A DNA stretch of 64,000 nucleotides from assembly GCA_951406725.2 (NCBI GenBank), contig OX597828.1:76756001-76820000 (forward strand). Direction: 5' to 3'. The translations under genes and the position numbers were made by a program. The stretch is from Octopus vulgaris. Lineage: Eukaryota. How positions within the stretch are numbered: the first letter of the stretch is position 1; each line of letters begins with the position of its first letter. Below the pieces are notes generated by a model, which saw only the letters and a program-made list of their open reading frames with translations, was not told the DNA's origin and ran no database searches. Of the stretch, positions 13,303 through 27,728 are shown in pieces.

Positions 13303-14375
13303 ACATATATACAATTTTGATTCAATTCAACGAACTTATTTGCTCGCACAAACAATCATACGCTGAGTATCAAAATTTAGATGCAATTTTTTTCTACCCG
13401 ATGTTCAAATACTTTATATAAAGACACTTCCCACAATATTTACGACGGGCAGGTTTGAAGGGAGGTGAGTAAAATATGAATGAGCAACGAATATGCATAA
13501 GTGACAAGTGTCCCCTTTCCGTTCGTGTCACTGTGTTTATGGACCTCATTCAGTTTTATTTCAAGGTTTCTTGCCAATAGAGAAAGAACCGGTTTCTCAC
13601 CTAGATCCAAGTCTCCTTAATTGGAATTTCAACATCAACAACAGGGTATTTTGTATGTATGTATGTATGTATGTATGTATGTACGTATATGTCTCTATGT
13701 ATGCATGCATGTATGTATGTATGTGTGTATGTATTTATGTATGTATGTATGTAGGTAGGTAGGTAGGTAGGTAGGTAGGTAGATAGGTAGGTAGGTAGGT
13801 AGGTAGGTAGGTAGGTAGGTTGGTAGGTTGGTAGTTAAGTATGTATGTATACATAACTTTATATCTACAAAATCTACTTAGAAATATTTGGTTGACCCTG
13901 GACTATAGCAGAAGACACTTGCCCTAGTTTTCCGCGCAGGGAAGGTGTCCCTAACACGACAACTTTGGGAACCATGATTCTTAAGCACACAACTACGCCT
14001 AGTTAATCATGTCAAATACCCCATTCACAACGAATTCTTCAGATTTTACCGTTGTAGCGTATTTAGAAATCAATTTTAAAACAAAACATGAAAAGTAATA
14101 AATCACTTCATCGCAAGTAACCCAGAAAAGTTAACATCTGCACGTTGATTTCGAGGACAATTTGCTTTGTTCTAGCAACGTGTCATTAAGTATTGAATAT
14201 CACAGCATCTCCTTTTATCGTTCATATTTTGAAACTGATGAAACAAAATATGAGATTTTATTGGAGCTTTGCTTCATTCGAACTATTCACGTTTGTATAA
14301 TCACAAACGATATACATAAATACATATATATATATATATATATATATAAAGATACATACATATATATATATAAAG

Positions 14376-14417
<42 letters not shown>

Positions 14418-15583
14418 CTGCACTTGGTTCTAGTGATCAGCGAGTTTTGTTAGTCATACTACAAATTGTATAAGGGGGTGGAGTGGGGTGATGAAGTGTA
14501 TTGGTTAGTAACTAATAACATTTTAATGCCGTATCTTAGTTTCCTACAAACTTTGATGGCTAAGAAGACAAAACAGACACCCTCCGTATATACATACGTG
14601 TGTTGTGTGTGCGTGTGTGTGCTTGCGTGTGTGCGTGTGTGTGTGCGTGTGCGGGTAGGTGTTTGTGTACACATATATATGCATATAAACGTATCGCAAA
14701 ACATGAATAAATAAATAATGGAATTAAATACACCCATAATGCGATTTTCTGAAAATGATAAAAATAAATGTACGCACAAGTTGTTGTTTTGAAGCTGATG
14801 GCATCGTTGTTATTCATGCTTGTTGTTGTTGTTGTTGTTGTTGTTGTTATTATTATTACTGTTGCTTTACACTTATTTATATTTATTTATCTATTTGTTT
14901 TTAATATATTTTTCTCGGCTTTATTTATGTTTAATATAGCAATAAATCTTTGAGAAATAGACAAAAAAAAAGGACAGAAAAATAAAAACAAGAAATATAA
15001 TGAAGAACAAAAATCTATAAAAATATCGTGAAAAATTTTTGTATATTTTGTTTTTATAATCAGTTTTATTGTTTTTTACTGTATATTATGTTATTTTTGA
15101 GTTTAAGCTAAAAAAAAGTTATTTTCGTGGTTGGAGCTGTCAATATGTGTGAGAAACTTCGATACCAACATGGCGTTCTGGCATGACTTGGAGGATTAAC
15201 GGTTTGACAGGAGAATCGGCAGAAACTCTCATCAACAGCAACGGTTAAAATGGCATCGCATTGATTTCAAGAATCATTGACAAATATCTTTAATCTACAT
15301 ACATACGTGTACTTTTTCACACCAATATACCACCAGTTCGATAAAGTAGAATGGCAATAATATTCGGTTATAGAATCTGGAATGTATGTACAGATATGCA
15401 ATACATTAAAATGTAATCTTACCTTCCAAACACACTCACATACACACACATATATACATATATATATATTTATATTTATATATATATTAATGTATATATA
15501 TCTATATATTTATATATATATATATATGTATATATGTATATGTACATTATATATATATATATATATATACACACACAAACATG

Positions 15584-15617
<34 letters not shown>

Positions 15618-16596
15618 CTCACACCCAGAGGAATCGTTTGGTAAAAATCAATGAAGAATCGGAATTTCAATAACTCTGTTTTCTGTGAATGTTTCCACTC
15701 TATGGTTCCTGTTGCTTCGTTAAAACCTGAATCCAAATTTATGACATTTTCCAGAATGCATTATACGAAAATGGCAGTTTAACGTGGTTGGAATGCTGAG
15801 CCCCAATACGTTTAGTAACATGTCATGTATTAGAGACAAGTAGTATATCTATCTACATATGTGTGCGTATATATATACGGTGTATGTACCCTCTCTCTTA
15901 TATGTATGTACACATTTCTCTAAACTTGGTACGATTCTGTCTCTCTCCCCCCTCTCCTACATTTCTTCGCTTTCTTACTTTGCACTTCACTCTGCCCCTG
16001 TCTCTTTTTCTCGCTCTCTCTCTCTCTCTGCTCCTGCTCCTTAATTCCTTGTTCCTCTTTTTCTCTCTCTTCTCCCCCTCCTTAATTCATCTGTTCTTCT
16101 TTTCCACTCTCTTCTCTGACTGACTGACTGACTGACCGACTGTTGGCCATTTGGGGTTTTGCAGCGGTAGCGGTAAAACCAACATTTTTTTCTCTCTGCC
16201 CCAAGGCACATTCCTAACACGCCAGCTCAGTTTAATTCGTCTAGTCGAAAGACGCCTGTTTGTGATGTCCTGTTATTGTTATTTTATTTTTATTATTGTT
16301 TCTACGCATTATTATTGTTTTTACGTATTATTTTTGTATTCATATTCGTGTAACATCGTCCGTTTTTCCGTCCTTGTTTTGTATACATTCGAAGCTTTCT
16401 TCCAAGGAATCTAATGCGCTTAGCTTAGATTTTCCTTTGGGGCTGGCCAGATCGGAGCAATCTCAAGATTAATCAACCGAAATTACGAGAATGATCCGGT
16501 TCTTGACTGAAGATTGAAGACTTCGAATGTCCCATCGTGTATTTTGTATCGTCTCCTAAATGTTTTGTGTTCTTGTCCCAGTTTGTATTTTTATAC

Positions 16597-16661
<65 letters not shown>

Positions 16662-16854
16662 TGTGTGCGTGTGTGTGTGTATATGTATATATATATATAT
16701 ATACATGTATATGTATATATATATATATATGAATATATTTAGAAATATGTAAATATATTGTATACCTTAGAGTTCGTACGCATATATATATATATGTGTG
16801 TGCGTGTGTTAGTTAGTTAGTTAGTTAATTTATGTATTTAATATGCATATGTGT

Positions 16855-17355
16855 ATATAAGAGGTGAGTTACAGAACATTTCAGATTTTTTTTAAAAGGG
16901 AAACGATTATAACTGTCCTATATTATTGTAATTTTTTAATTGTAGATTGAAGGAAACGATACTTTGAAAACATCCTACAAATCGCTGCTCGTCAAATCTG
17001 ACCAGTTTGCAGAATGCAGCTGCGACGGTTAAGACAAATGAAAGCTCGATATGCAATAAAGTTTAGTGTTAAACTGGACAGAAATGATGTCGAAATTTAT
17101 TAAATACTCCAGACCTCTGAAGGATTACCTTGCATGAACCGAGACTCTGGTTTTCGCTTGTACAAGAATCCAGGCAAAGCAAGTCCACCGAGATGACTCC
17201 TCACCACCATCCTTTTTCGACAGCAGTAATAACCACTAAATCCACTGGTTTCGCTCCAGCCGGATGGTTAACGGAGTAATTTGTGGCGAAGAGTTGCGGT
17301 AGTTCAAGAAGAGATTTCGTCGCAAACGTCCAATGCACCAGGACAATGAAAGGTA
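16855..17355 (+). pseudogene. Internally deleted, decayed mariner transposase
   Basis: ARYAIKFSVKLDRNDVE (HTH start), RQSKST, FKKRFRRKRP and HQDN motifs with stops. Confidence 0.65.
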
Positions 17356-17360
17356 ACATA

Positions 17361-17621
17361 GAAAAATAATAAAAAGCGCCCTTTTAAAGCCTAACCAGTC
17401 TCACGGGCCCGGTTTCCCGGTTTCTATGGCGTATATGTTCCCCAGATGGACGGACGCCAGTCCATCGCAGCGTTACTCATTTTTGCCAGCTGAGTGGACT
17501 GGAACAACGTGAAATAAAGTGTCTTGCTCAAGAGCACAACATATCGACCGGTCCAGGAATCGAAACCACAATCTAACGACAATGATGCTGACACCCTAAC
17601 CACTAAGCCACGCGCCTCCAC
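17361..17621 (-). mobile_element. tRNA-derived SINE family C (V-domain-like), 13-bp TSD
   Basis: Reverse complement GGAGGCGCGTGGCTTAGTGGTTAGGGTG...GCGATGGACTGGCGTCC...AGAAACCGGGAAACCGGGCCC; TSD GAAAGGTAACATA at 17348-17360 and 17622-17634. Confidence 0.88.
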
Positions 17622-17920
17622 GAAAGGTAACATACCTGCTAGCTAATGCAGATTGAAAGAGAGTTAATAATATTTCTTCTATAGGTTCAAGAACCGAAAT
17701 TTGGAAAGTGTTGGTAATTTCAAATTTTGACACAAGTTTAACAATTACCTGAGAGGGTCTATTCGAAAACATCGACCTAGGAGATCAAATCAGAACTTAT
17801 TTCATCGAATCCAAAATGATGGAAGAAGAATTAATTTTTGTGGTATATGAAGTCAGAACGTGAAGGTCGAATAGATGCCTATAAACATTTTGCCGGCATA
17901 GTAATGATTCTGCCTAAAAC

Positions 17921-17976
<56 letters not shown>

Positions 17977-17977
<1 letters not shown>

Positions 17978-18306
17978 TACGGAGATGTACTTGCATAGCA
18001 GGTGACCTGATCTGAGATCGTGTGCTGCAACGAAAACAATTGCAGCGTGGAAGGTGTTTATAAGCCATTTAAGAAACACACAAAAGCCGTTAGATTAACT
18101 TCAACATTTAAATTTAATTTGCCAAAATATTTTCGTCGCTTTGAGACCTCGACCTGTTCACTGACATCACGGAATTTTGTCAGTGAACAGGTCACGGTTT
18201 CAAAGCTACGAAAGTATTTTGACGCAAATTAAATTTAAATGTTGAAGTGAATCTAACGGTTTTTGTGTTATTTTAAATGGCTTATAAACACCATCCACGT
18301 TGCAAT
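17977..18306. mobile_element. Inverted pair of Penelope-like pLTRs, each with a G3:C8-variant hammerhead
   Basis: Arms 17977-18166 (-) and 18178-18306 (+) are reverse complements around an 11-bp spacer; same family at 36188-36232 plus 37916-38073. Confidence 0.8.
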
Positions 18307-18496
18307 AATAATAATAATAATAATTTATTCTATAGACACAAGGCTTGAAATTTAGGAGGGAACCAGTTAATTATATTGACCCCAGTGCGTAACTGGTACT
18401 TATATTTTGAATAAAATTGAATGACAAAGTCAACCTCGGCGGAACTTGAACTCAGCACATAAAGATAGACGAAATACCCGGCGTGCTAACCTTTCT

Positions 18497-18721
18497 TATT
18501 TCTTTATTGCTCACAAGGGGTTAAACGTAGAGTGGACAAACAAAGATAGACAAAGGGATTAAGTCGATTACATCGACCCCAGTGCGCAACTGGTACTTAC
18601 TTTATCGACTCCGAAAGGATGAAAGACCAAGTCGACCTCGGCGGAATTTGAACTCAAAACGTAACGGCAGACGAAATACGGCTACGCATTTCGCCCGGTG
18701 TTTCTCCCAGCTCGCCGCCTT
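18497..18721 (-). mobile_element. SINE family B copy adjoining an older family B copy (about 18325-18495)
   Basis: Matches 3400-3633. Confidence 0.88.
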
Positions 18722-21454
18722 CTCATAAAAAGTTATATCATTTCTGCCAGTCCTAAAACGCTGTTTCTAAATTACCAACTTAAACACTATGTTATATTTT
18801 GGCAAACCCTACATTTTAATTTATACCTCCAAAACATAAGAATAAAAACAAGAAAACTGTATTTTCACCCTATATAATTTAAATTAATATTGAGATAAGA
18901 AATTTTTTAAAAATGATGCAAAACCCAAAACAAATCTTTTAAAATCATTACAGATTTAACAAAATATAAAGACAAATAATGAAATAAATGCCAAAACTAG
19001 CTGAACGAGAGAAAACAAAGAAAACGATTGAAGGCGAACAAAAAAAATGTAAGCCTATGGTCACGTGATATTTTCCACGCTTTTGTTCTTTTTCTTTCTC
19101 TTTTTGTGTGTGTCCCGCAGTGAAATATTGGATCTCTATAATAATTTCTTACTTTAGCGAACATAAAAATTGGAAAATAGGAATGACTGAAAAAAAAAAA
19201 AAGAATTATATTTTTAAATATGAGAAAACGGTAAACATTCTGTTAGGTTGTTATTTATAAAATGATGGCTTCAAGTTCTTTAACGGAAGTAACAAAAAAG
19301 AAAAAGGAACAGAAAATAGAAAAAAAAGGGGGAAGGGGATTTTCTGAATATCTCGTTAAAAGCTAATTTATTTAAATTTTCGTTAAGTTAAATTCTGTGT
19401 ACGTTTTCGGTAGAGATAGGCAAAAAAAAGAAAAAGAGAAGAAAAGAAAGGTAGCGAGGGAAGATGAGAAAGAAGAAAATGGTGAAGTACACACAGAACG
19501 GAGCAGATATATATATAGAGAGAGAGATAGCCACAGAGTCAGAAACAGGCACATTGGCATTGACGTACACACATACACACACACGTTTATAAAAAAAGTA
19601 CATACATATATATATATAAAGAGAGAGATATACAGAGAGAGAAAGAGACAGAGAGAGAGAGAACGCGAGTGACAGACAGATACAGTAAAAGAGAAACAAA
19701 GTGTGAGAGATTTCTTGTGGTTATTCTATTTTTACGACCGTAATGATTCGAAATGTAATCTTTTTATTAATAATGATAATCATTTCTACTATAGGCACAC
19801 GGCTTGAAATTTGAGGGAAGGGGTAGGTCATTTACTGAACTGGTACTTACTTTATCGACCCCGAAAGGATGAAAAGCAATGTCGACTCCGCTAGCATTTG
19901 AACTCAAACCCAGATGACAGACGAAATGGCGTTTTGCATTTCGCCCGGTGCGCTAACGATTCTGCCAACTCACCGTTTTAATAATAATATTGACTATCAT
20001 TATAGATATACCCCACCCCAGGAGAACATATTATGCCCAACATTAATATGACAAGGTATGACTTTTCATAGCAGCCATTTGCAATTTTGAACAAACGATC
20101 GAATTAGGTGAATTCTTTCAGACAGCTTCGAAATGATTTTTAACTACAATTTACCTATAAAAAAAAGTTTATTTTCAATCCAATGGATTACCAAATGGTG
20201 AAGATCGTTGTAAACGGAAATAAAATATGTTTTTATTCATCGACTGAAAATAACTGCTTTACAATGACTTTTCCTTACATGGATTTTATACACTGAAACA
20301 TGAAAGCAACTCATAGGTATTGTGTGCGAATAGGTGAACATAATAATGAAATATACATTTTCTCGTATTTAGCAACCAATCAAATCTCGGTAATTAATGA
20401 TGCTTCGATTTGTATGAATATTTTTGCTTTTATTTTGTTACGCTAATACATAACTTCAAAACGTTATTAATAGATGACGGGAAATACAGATGTAATGATT
20501 AAAGATATTTCGACTTCGAATACAATATATTCTAATTCACGTATTGAGTAATTATCTCACCAGTTCTACATGTAAACGTTCTCTATTCCATATATTTATA
20601 TACATATCCACATGCACATAATATATATATAATAGGGGAAATAGGATATAGGGGAGGAAATTAAGAGTTAAGGAGGGAATCAAAATTCAACTTAGAAAGG
20701 ATAACTAAATAATTACAGATTCATTAGCAGCAAGTGTTCGATAATAAATTGGTTTGCTTTAATAGCAATAAAACCTTTCCCATTAATTCTAATTAATTTT
20801 CGCAAAAATGTTATATTTGTATACATTCTTCAAGAGAAATGTTAAAATTATGTTTCTAATTATAATAATAGTAACGATTTGGATAATGATATCAGCGTAA
20901 TAATGTTTATGAGGCAAAAATAAAATCTTCGTGATTAAGTAAATTGATAATAAGAGAAACTATACAAAAATTGATATTTTATAAAACAAATTCCGTGAAT
21001 AGAATTCTCTTCATATGTATGACAATGAAAGCCATCATATACATCTCTGTTCGTGCTTCTTTACACTAAAATATATCGACAAGCACAAAAGAACGAACTC
21101 GCTCTAAATACAAAAATATATATCAACATATACATATATGTGTGTGTGTATACGTGTATATGAGTGTACTTTCTTATATTCATTCATTTGCTTCAATCAT
21201 TTGACTGCGGCCATGCTGGAGCACCGCCTGTAGTCGAGCAAATCAACACCAGGACTTATTCTTTGTAAAGCTACTACTTATTTTATCGGTTCTCTTTTAT
21301 CTGATTTTAAACACATACACACACATACGCGCACACGCACGCACACACACACACACGCACATACATATATATATATATATTTTACTACTTTCAGCTCGAG
21401 AGCTGCGCCACATGTACCATGTTTTTACATATGTAAACACTCACACACAGACAA

Positions 21455-21531
<77 letters not shown>

Positions 21532-21537
21532 CATACG

Positions 21538-21570
<33 letters not shown>

Positions 21571-21880
21571 GGCACCCACACACACTCATAAAAGTAGCGC
21601 ATCGACACACTTGTTAGAGCGTTGGAAGACATGCTTTGTGATATTTCTTCCGAGTTTAATATTTTGATTTGAATTTCCGCAGAACTTTACTTTGTCTCCC
21701 ATGTTTTCCTTCTCTGATGATTGACGTGAGACGCCTTCGCTCAGTATTTCTGATGTCGTGTTTAACTCAGAAACGATTGCGCGTAATTCTTCATCGATAC
21801 GTAGTTTGATGTGGTGTAAATACCTCGGAAAATCAAGGCAGACCGTAATTACAAACTTACTTTTGACACTAACAGTACAA

Positions 21881-21934
<54 letters not shown>

Positions 21935-22272
21935 TATAATAATAATAATAATACTAATAATGATAATAACAATAGCAATGCCTATTATTTGTGATAGTAG
22001 AACTCATTATTTATTCCAGTAGCGTTTCTATCATTTCACTTAATTGGATTAGTAACCTTAGAGTAAAATTCAGGATTTCGCACAACTGGAAATCACAGAT
22101 TAGCTAAATTTCGTTAAATATGAGATATTGTGTTTCTTGGCTTAAACGAGATTAATTCTCATAAGAGCATAGCCAATATGGTTTACGTGTTTGAACACAC
22201 ACACACACGCACATGTACTGCGAGCAAAAATATATAAGCATATATATTTTTGTGTGTGTGAATATATATATA

Positions 22273-22624
22273 CTAGCAGTATCGCCCGGCGCTGCTCGGG
22301 TTTGTTTCGACCCGCTGGAATTGGAATTTTTGAAAAGTAAAAATTTTTTATTATGAAATACACCGAAACGTGGCGACACAGCAGTGAAAAAATCGTAAAA
22401 AATAGGGATTTTCATAGAAAAACGGACCTCTTTGATGTAAATAATTTTTAGTGTTAACATGGTCCGATTTGAATTTCATCTTCTACGGAAGGAAGAGCAA
22501 CCCTTCTTCTATCATACTCTCAATTTTGGTCAACTTGTGCCGCAGGGTCTCGGAGGAGATAATGTTAGTTGAAGGCTACCAAACCTGACGCACACAGACA
22601 ACTTCAGCTTTATATAGAGAGAGA
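22273..22624 (-). mobile_element. Non-autonomous Helitron (Lep1-like architecture)
   Basis: Minus strand starts TC(TC)TATATAAAG and ends in hairpin CCCGAGCAGCGCCGGG followed by CTAG; A|T insertion context. Confidence 0.75.
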
Positions 22625-23679
22625 TAACACACACACATTAATACACATACATACACACACACACACACACGCACAAACATGTATGTATGGATGTATGTAT
22701 GTATATATGTACATCTGTCCACTTCTTGCCATATTTTTATCCTTCACTTCCTACACACACACACACACACTCACACACACAGACACATACACACACACAC
22801 ACACGCACGCACGCGCACACACACACACACACACACACCTTCTTAGCTTACAATTTCTTTCTTTCAACAAGTGACAACTGAAGTACGCTCGCAAATTATA
22901 CTACGAAAACTTAGCGACAGAAAGTAAATTAAAAACCAATTTACCTTTTCTGTTGAGTTATCATAGCAATTCGAACGTCTGTTTTCCTTAAAACCGTCTC
23001 GTTTCTTCAACTGAACTTAGTTCCTATCGTTTCTTAAAGTCCTTTGTGAAATCTAGGAGTGTTTTTTTTTGTTATTTCTCGAGAAAGATTTGTTTCCTCG
23101 ACACTAAAAACTAACGGGAAGTAGACAACAGTCCCAGTATAATTGGTGTAATAGTGTAACTCCTAATGTGAACGGGTAGCATCTACTCACCATATGTCAG
23201 TGAATTGTGTGTGTTTGTTTGCAAATGTGTTCGAATGAGAAAGTGAATTGTGTTTGGCACCTTTTTTACTAATAACAAACACACACGTGTGTGTGTGTGT
23301 GTGTTTGGGTGTTTGTATGTAGTTGTTTGAAACGTTTGTGTTTGTCACTGTCATATATGTATATGTTTGCGTGTCTATGTGTGTAAAGAGAAAGTAGGAG
23401 AAAGTGTGGTAATAGAAGGAGTGAAGCATTTAAAGTGAGAGAGGGAAATCGTATAATATTGAGTTTTCTCGAATGTTTGCTTAATTGGGGGTCAAATTGA
23501 AAGAAATTTATATGCCATGACCCAATCGAATCTACTTCGAAAAATCATAGGTAAATTCCAATTGAAGAAATTCTATATTGTACGATTGTATTAAAAAGAA
23601 ACATAGTCACAGGCAGAGAAAATGTGCCTTTTATCATAAGATATATATATATATATATATAATATATATATATATATAG

Positions 23680-23755
<76 letters not shown>

Positions 23756-23811
23756 GTATGTATATATGTATGTATGTATAGGCGCAGGGGTGTCTGTGTG
23801 GTATGTAGCTG

Positions 23812-24318
23812 TGTATCTACTCATTTCGACCATTCAACGACAATATGAGTTTTCTCAGACAGTTGCACTCAGAATTTCTAAAATAGTATTTTGGATTACT
23901 GGAGGGTGAAAATTGGGAACCAAAACATGTCAGTGAGACATACAAGGAAACGGGAAAACCCGTGGAGGCTCATTAGACCAGAACGAGAGGGAAATAGTGA
24001 AGTCTGGGAGAAATGATAGAAGAAAGAAGAATACGTCCGCTTGTTTAAATGTCCGTGCAGGAAAAGAAAGATGGTTATGCGAGGAAAAGAAAGATGGACG
24101 ATAGTCAGGTGTGAGCAACGAGAGGGAAAGGGAGAGAGGAAAAGTGAAAGAGAGAGGGAGAGAGAGACACACAGATAGAAAAAGGTGAAGAAGGCAGGGA
24201 AGAAAAACAGAATTAAAGAAGTGTGGAAGAAGAAAACAGTATAAAGTAGAGTTTAGCATCACAAAAGTGAAGATAAACTTACTAGGAAATGGATGCGTCA
24301 CGTTCAGTGAAATAAAAC

Positions 24319-24350
<32 letters not shown>

Positions 24351-25325
24351 CGTATATGGGTACGGGATGTCACCAACGTTGCAAATAACATCAAATACGT
24401 AAACAAACGAGGGGGGAAACGTGTAATATACGTAAACAACAAGAAAAATGCAAAAGAGGACATTTTAACACAGAGAAAGAATCTTTCATCAGTTGTCAAC
24501 TGTCTACCTGCTCCTCATTTCGAGCATTCGTCGACAATGCTCGAAATGAGGAGTAGATGGACAGCCAAAACAAATGAAAGATCCTTTCTCTATGTTAATT
24601 TGTCCTGTTTTCCATTTCTTTCTCGTTATTTACGTATATTTCTAGTTTTCCCTTCGTTTATATACGTATTCCATGTCATTTGCACCGTTGGTGACGTCCT
24701 GTGCCCATATATTCTTGTGTGTGTACGTTTATCATCGCCTTCGTGATGCGACTCTCTTCTCTATAGTGTTTTCTCATCCATTCTTCTCTAAGTCCATTTT
24801 CAACCGTTTTTTATCTGCCGTTCTCGCTCCCTTTTTCTCTTCTCTCTCCCCTCTCTCTTTCTCTTTTCCTCTCACTTTTTCTCTCTCGTTGCTCACACGT
24901 GACCATCGTCCATATTTCTTTTCCTGCACGAACATCTAATCGAGAGGACGTGTTTTTCTGTCCCTTTTCTATCTTTTTTTCTGTAATAAAAAAACGTTTT
25001 TCTCAGTCTTCACTATTTTCCTTTTGTTCTGGTCTAATGGCCCTCCAGGTTTGTTCTCTTTCGGTTTCCTTGTTTGTCTCAACTATCATTTTTTGTGCCC
25101 AACTTCGGCCTTCCATAAATCCTAAAATTTTATTTTAGAATTTATGGGAGCCACTGTCTGTGAAGATTCGTATTGTCGTTGAATGCTCGAAATGTGGAGT
25201 AGATAGATAGCCGACAACTGATGAAGGGTCATTTCTCTGCGTTTACTTATATTACTCATTCTTCCCTCGTTCGTTTACGTATTTCATGTTATTTGCACCG
25301 TTGGTGACGCCCTGTATCCATATAT
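23812..25325. mobile_element. Head-to-head inverted dimer of a ~650-750 bp element with direct terminal repeats (pLTR/retrozyme-like)
   Basis: 23812-24529 is a diverged reverse complement of about 24536-25215; 24536-24710 is directly repeated at 25181-25325. Confidence 0.75.
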
Positions 25326-25329
25326 GCAA

Positions 25330-25408
<79 letters not shown>

Positions 25409-25429
25409 TATATATCATATAATATTCAT

Positions 25430-26770
25430 TATTTATTATCTCTGGGCATCGATATACAGGCACACTATGCTCGTAGAGTACAGGCAGCAACAGAATAAAC
25501 AAAAGTTTATCAGGAATCAAATTTAAATAATTAAAAAATGGAGAAAACCTCAGATCAACAAATCAATTGGACCACATCTGTAGCTTATGTGACATAACAA
25601 TTCTTACGGCTGTTTCCGCTTCCGATGTCAGCCAGTGCCTACAAAAGAATTGCAAAAATTGAATTCTTCATCTTCAAAGGATATTCGGACTAGAACATGA
25701 AGTTTCATCAGAGTGAATAAAAAAGAGTCTAAAAAAAGGTGGGAGAGGGAATAGAAAAGACAACACGTCCTAGAGAAGAAGCCTGGGAGCCTAATATATT
25801 AAAATCATACATCTTAGGGCTTCGAAGTCGCTCGGCAGAAGAATGATCTAGCAAAGGCCTAGGGAAGAGAATTTTCGGGTTATTTCTGTATAAAGGCGGG
25901 GACCAAGATGTTTTAAAAGTTTTGAAAAGAAGTTAGAAAAAATAATAAATAAATAAAAGAATGCAAGAAAATTACTGACATGTCTTGAAAGAGAGGTGTA
26001 GTGATGCTATCGTAAAAATCTCTTTCTAATATTTATCCAAAACAATACCGTAGGTTTCTTAAGATAATGTACTTACTGGAATATTACAGAGAACACCACC
26101 TGTTGTCCGCAGTGGAGTACACCGAAGTCAATCCATCTCTACAATTGGTCAATTTTATTTGGACCAAGGGCAAAAGTTAAAACCGTTTCAGTGGACATAT
26201 AAATAAAAAAGAAAAAGAAAAAGAAGTAAAATAAAGGGTGCTGGGGAGAAGACTATAATATAAGCGGTACGAGGCCGCTTATGTCTTTCTGCAACTTCTC
26301 GGCATAACATAAGCAAGAATAAATAAATAGATAAATAGATGAATACAGTCAAACAAATATCCTATAGTTTATTATAGTTAAGGGGAGACAACTAGTACAG
26401 ACTTATACGGACTATAAGAATATATAGAAAAGACCTACAAAAATAATGTTAGGATTTACATCTTAGATAGCAAATAAAAATTCGAATGGTGGTAATAATG
26501 GACAAGCAGGTAAATATATACATGTACCTAAGAAAATTCCCCCTTATAGGTACACGAAAAGGCAAAATCCCCAAACCACTAACACTTGAGCGATTGTGAT
26601 TTAAGACCAAAACGCATGTTAATTAGTAATATGAATATAATTTTCATGTTCAGACAGTTTATGAGGATATTACTAGCATTTCCTAGGAAGAAGTTTTTTT
26701 TCTGGTGTGTGAGCGCTTTCGTTAAACCTTTTCAGACACTTGTGCTCTTAAAGAGGCAGTTGTTATTGTG

Positions 26771-26775
<5 letters not shown>
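25430..26775 (-). mobile_element. Penelope-like element 3' portion (decayed ORF tail plus pLTR with hammerhead at about 25601-25715)
   Basis: Minus strand 26590-26770 resembles the GIY-YIG C-terminal C..CL.EK...KC.HEN region; downstream ct-CTGATGA...GAAAC-AGCC-GTA-ag. Confidence 0.5.
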
Positions 26776-26818
<43 letters not shown>

Positions 26819-26866
26819 AAACAAGTCAAGATAGAAAATGCTAAAATAATTTTATAAAGAACATTT

Positions 26867-26904
26867 CAGTACCGGTTTCAGTCATTTTGATACCTTTTCA
26901 ACTG
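26867..26904 (-). ncRNA. Minimal hammerhead with U3:A8 core
   Basis: CAG-TTGAAAA-ggtatcaaaatgact-GAAAC-CG-GTA-CTG; palindromic ACCGGT stem III; sits in a short insert (about 26815-27030) between (TA)n tracts. Confidence 0.6.
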
Positions 26905-27027
26905 TAACGATTAAATAATTAAATTTAGAAAAATTAAAAGAAAAATTTTTTTAAAAGAAAATTTGTATATTGTTCAAATATAAGTGGCATTTTCCTTGTT
27001 TCTGCCTTTCTCTGTCTCTCTTGTTTA

Positions 27028-27728
<701 letters not shown>

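Noticed and set aside
15630-15830. Further mariner/Tc1 relics (also about 3830-4330, 7440-7660, 20000-20230 and 27770-28140)
   Set aside because: Only one or two weak motifs each (e.g. IEWKH); plausible but too decayed to list as features
16500-16545. CTGAAGA...TTCGAATGTC as a hammerhead (also about 6005-6040 on -)
   Set aside because: GAAT instead of GAAA, and no stem I or stem III pairing found; kept only as a dispersed repeat
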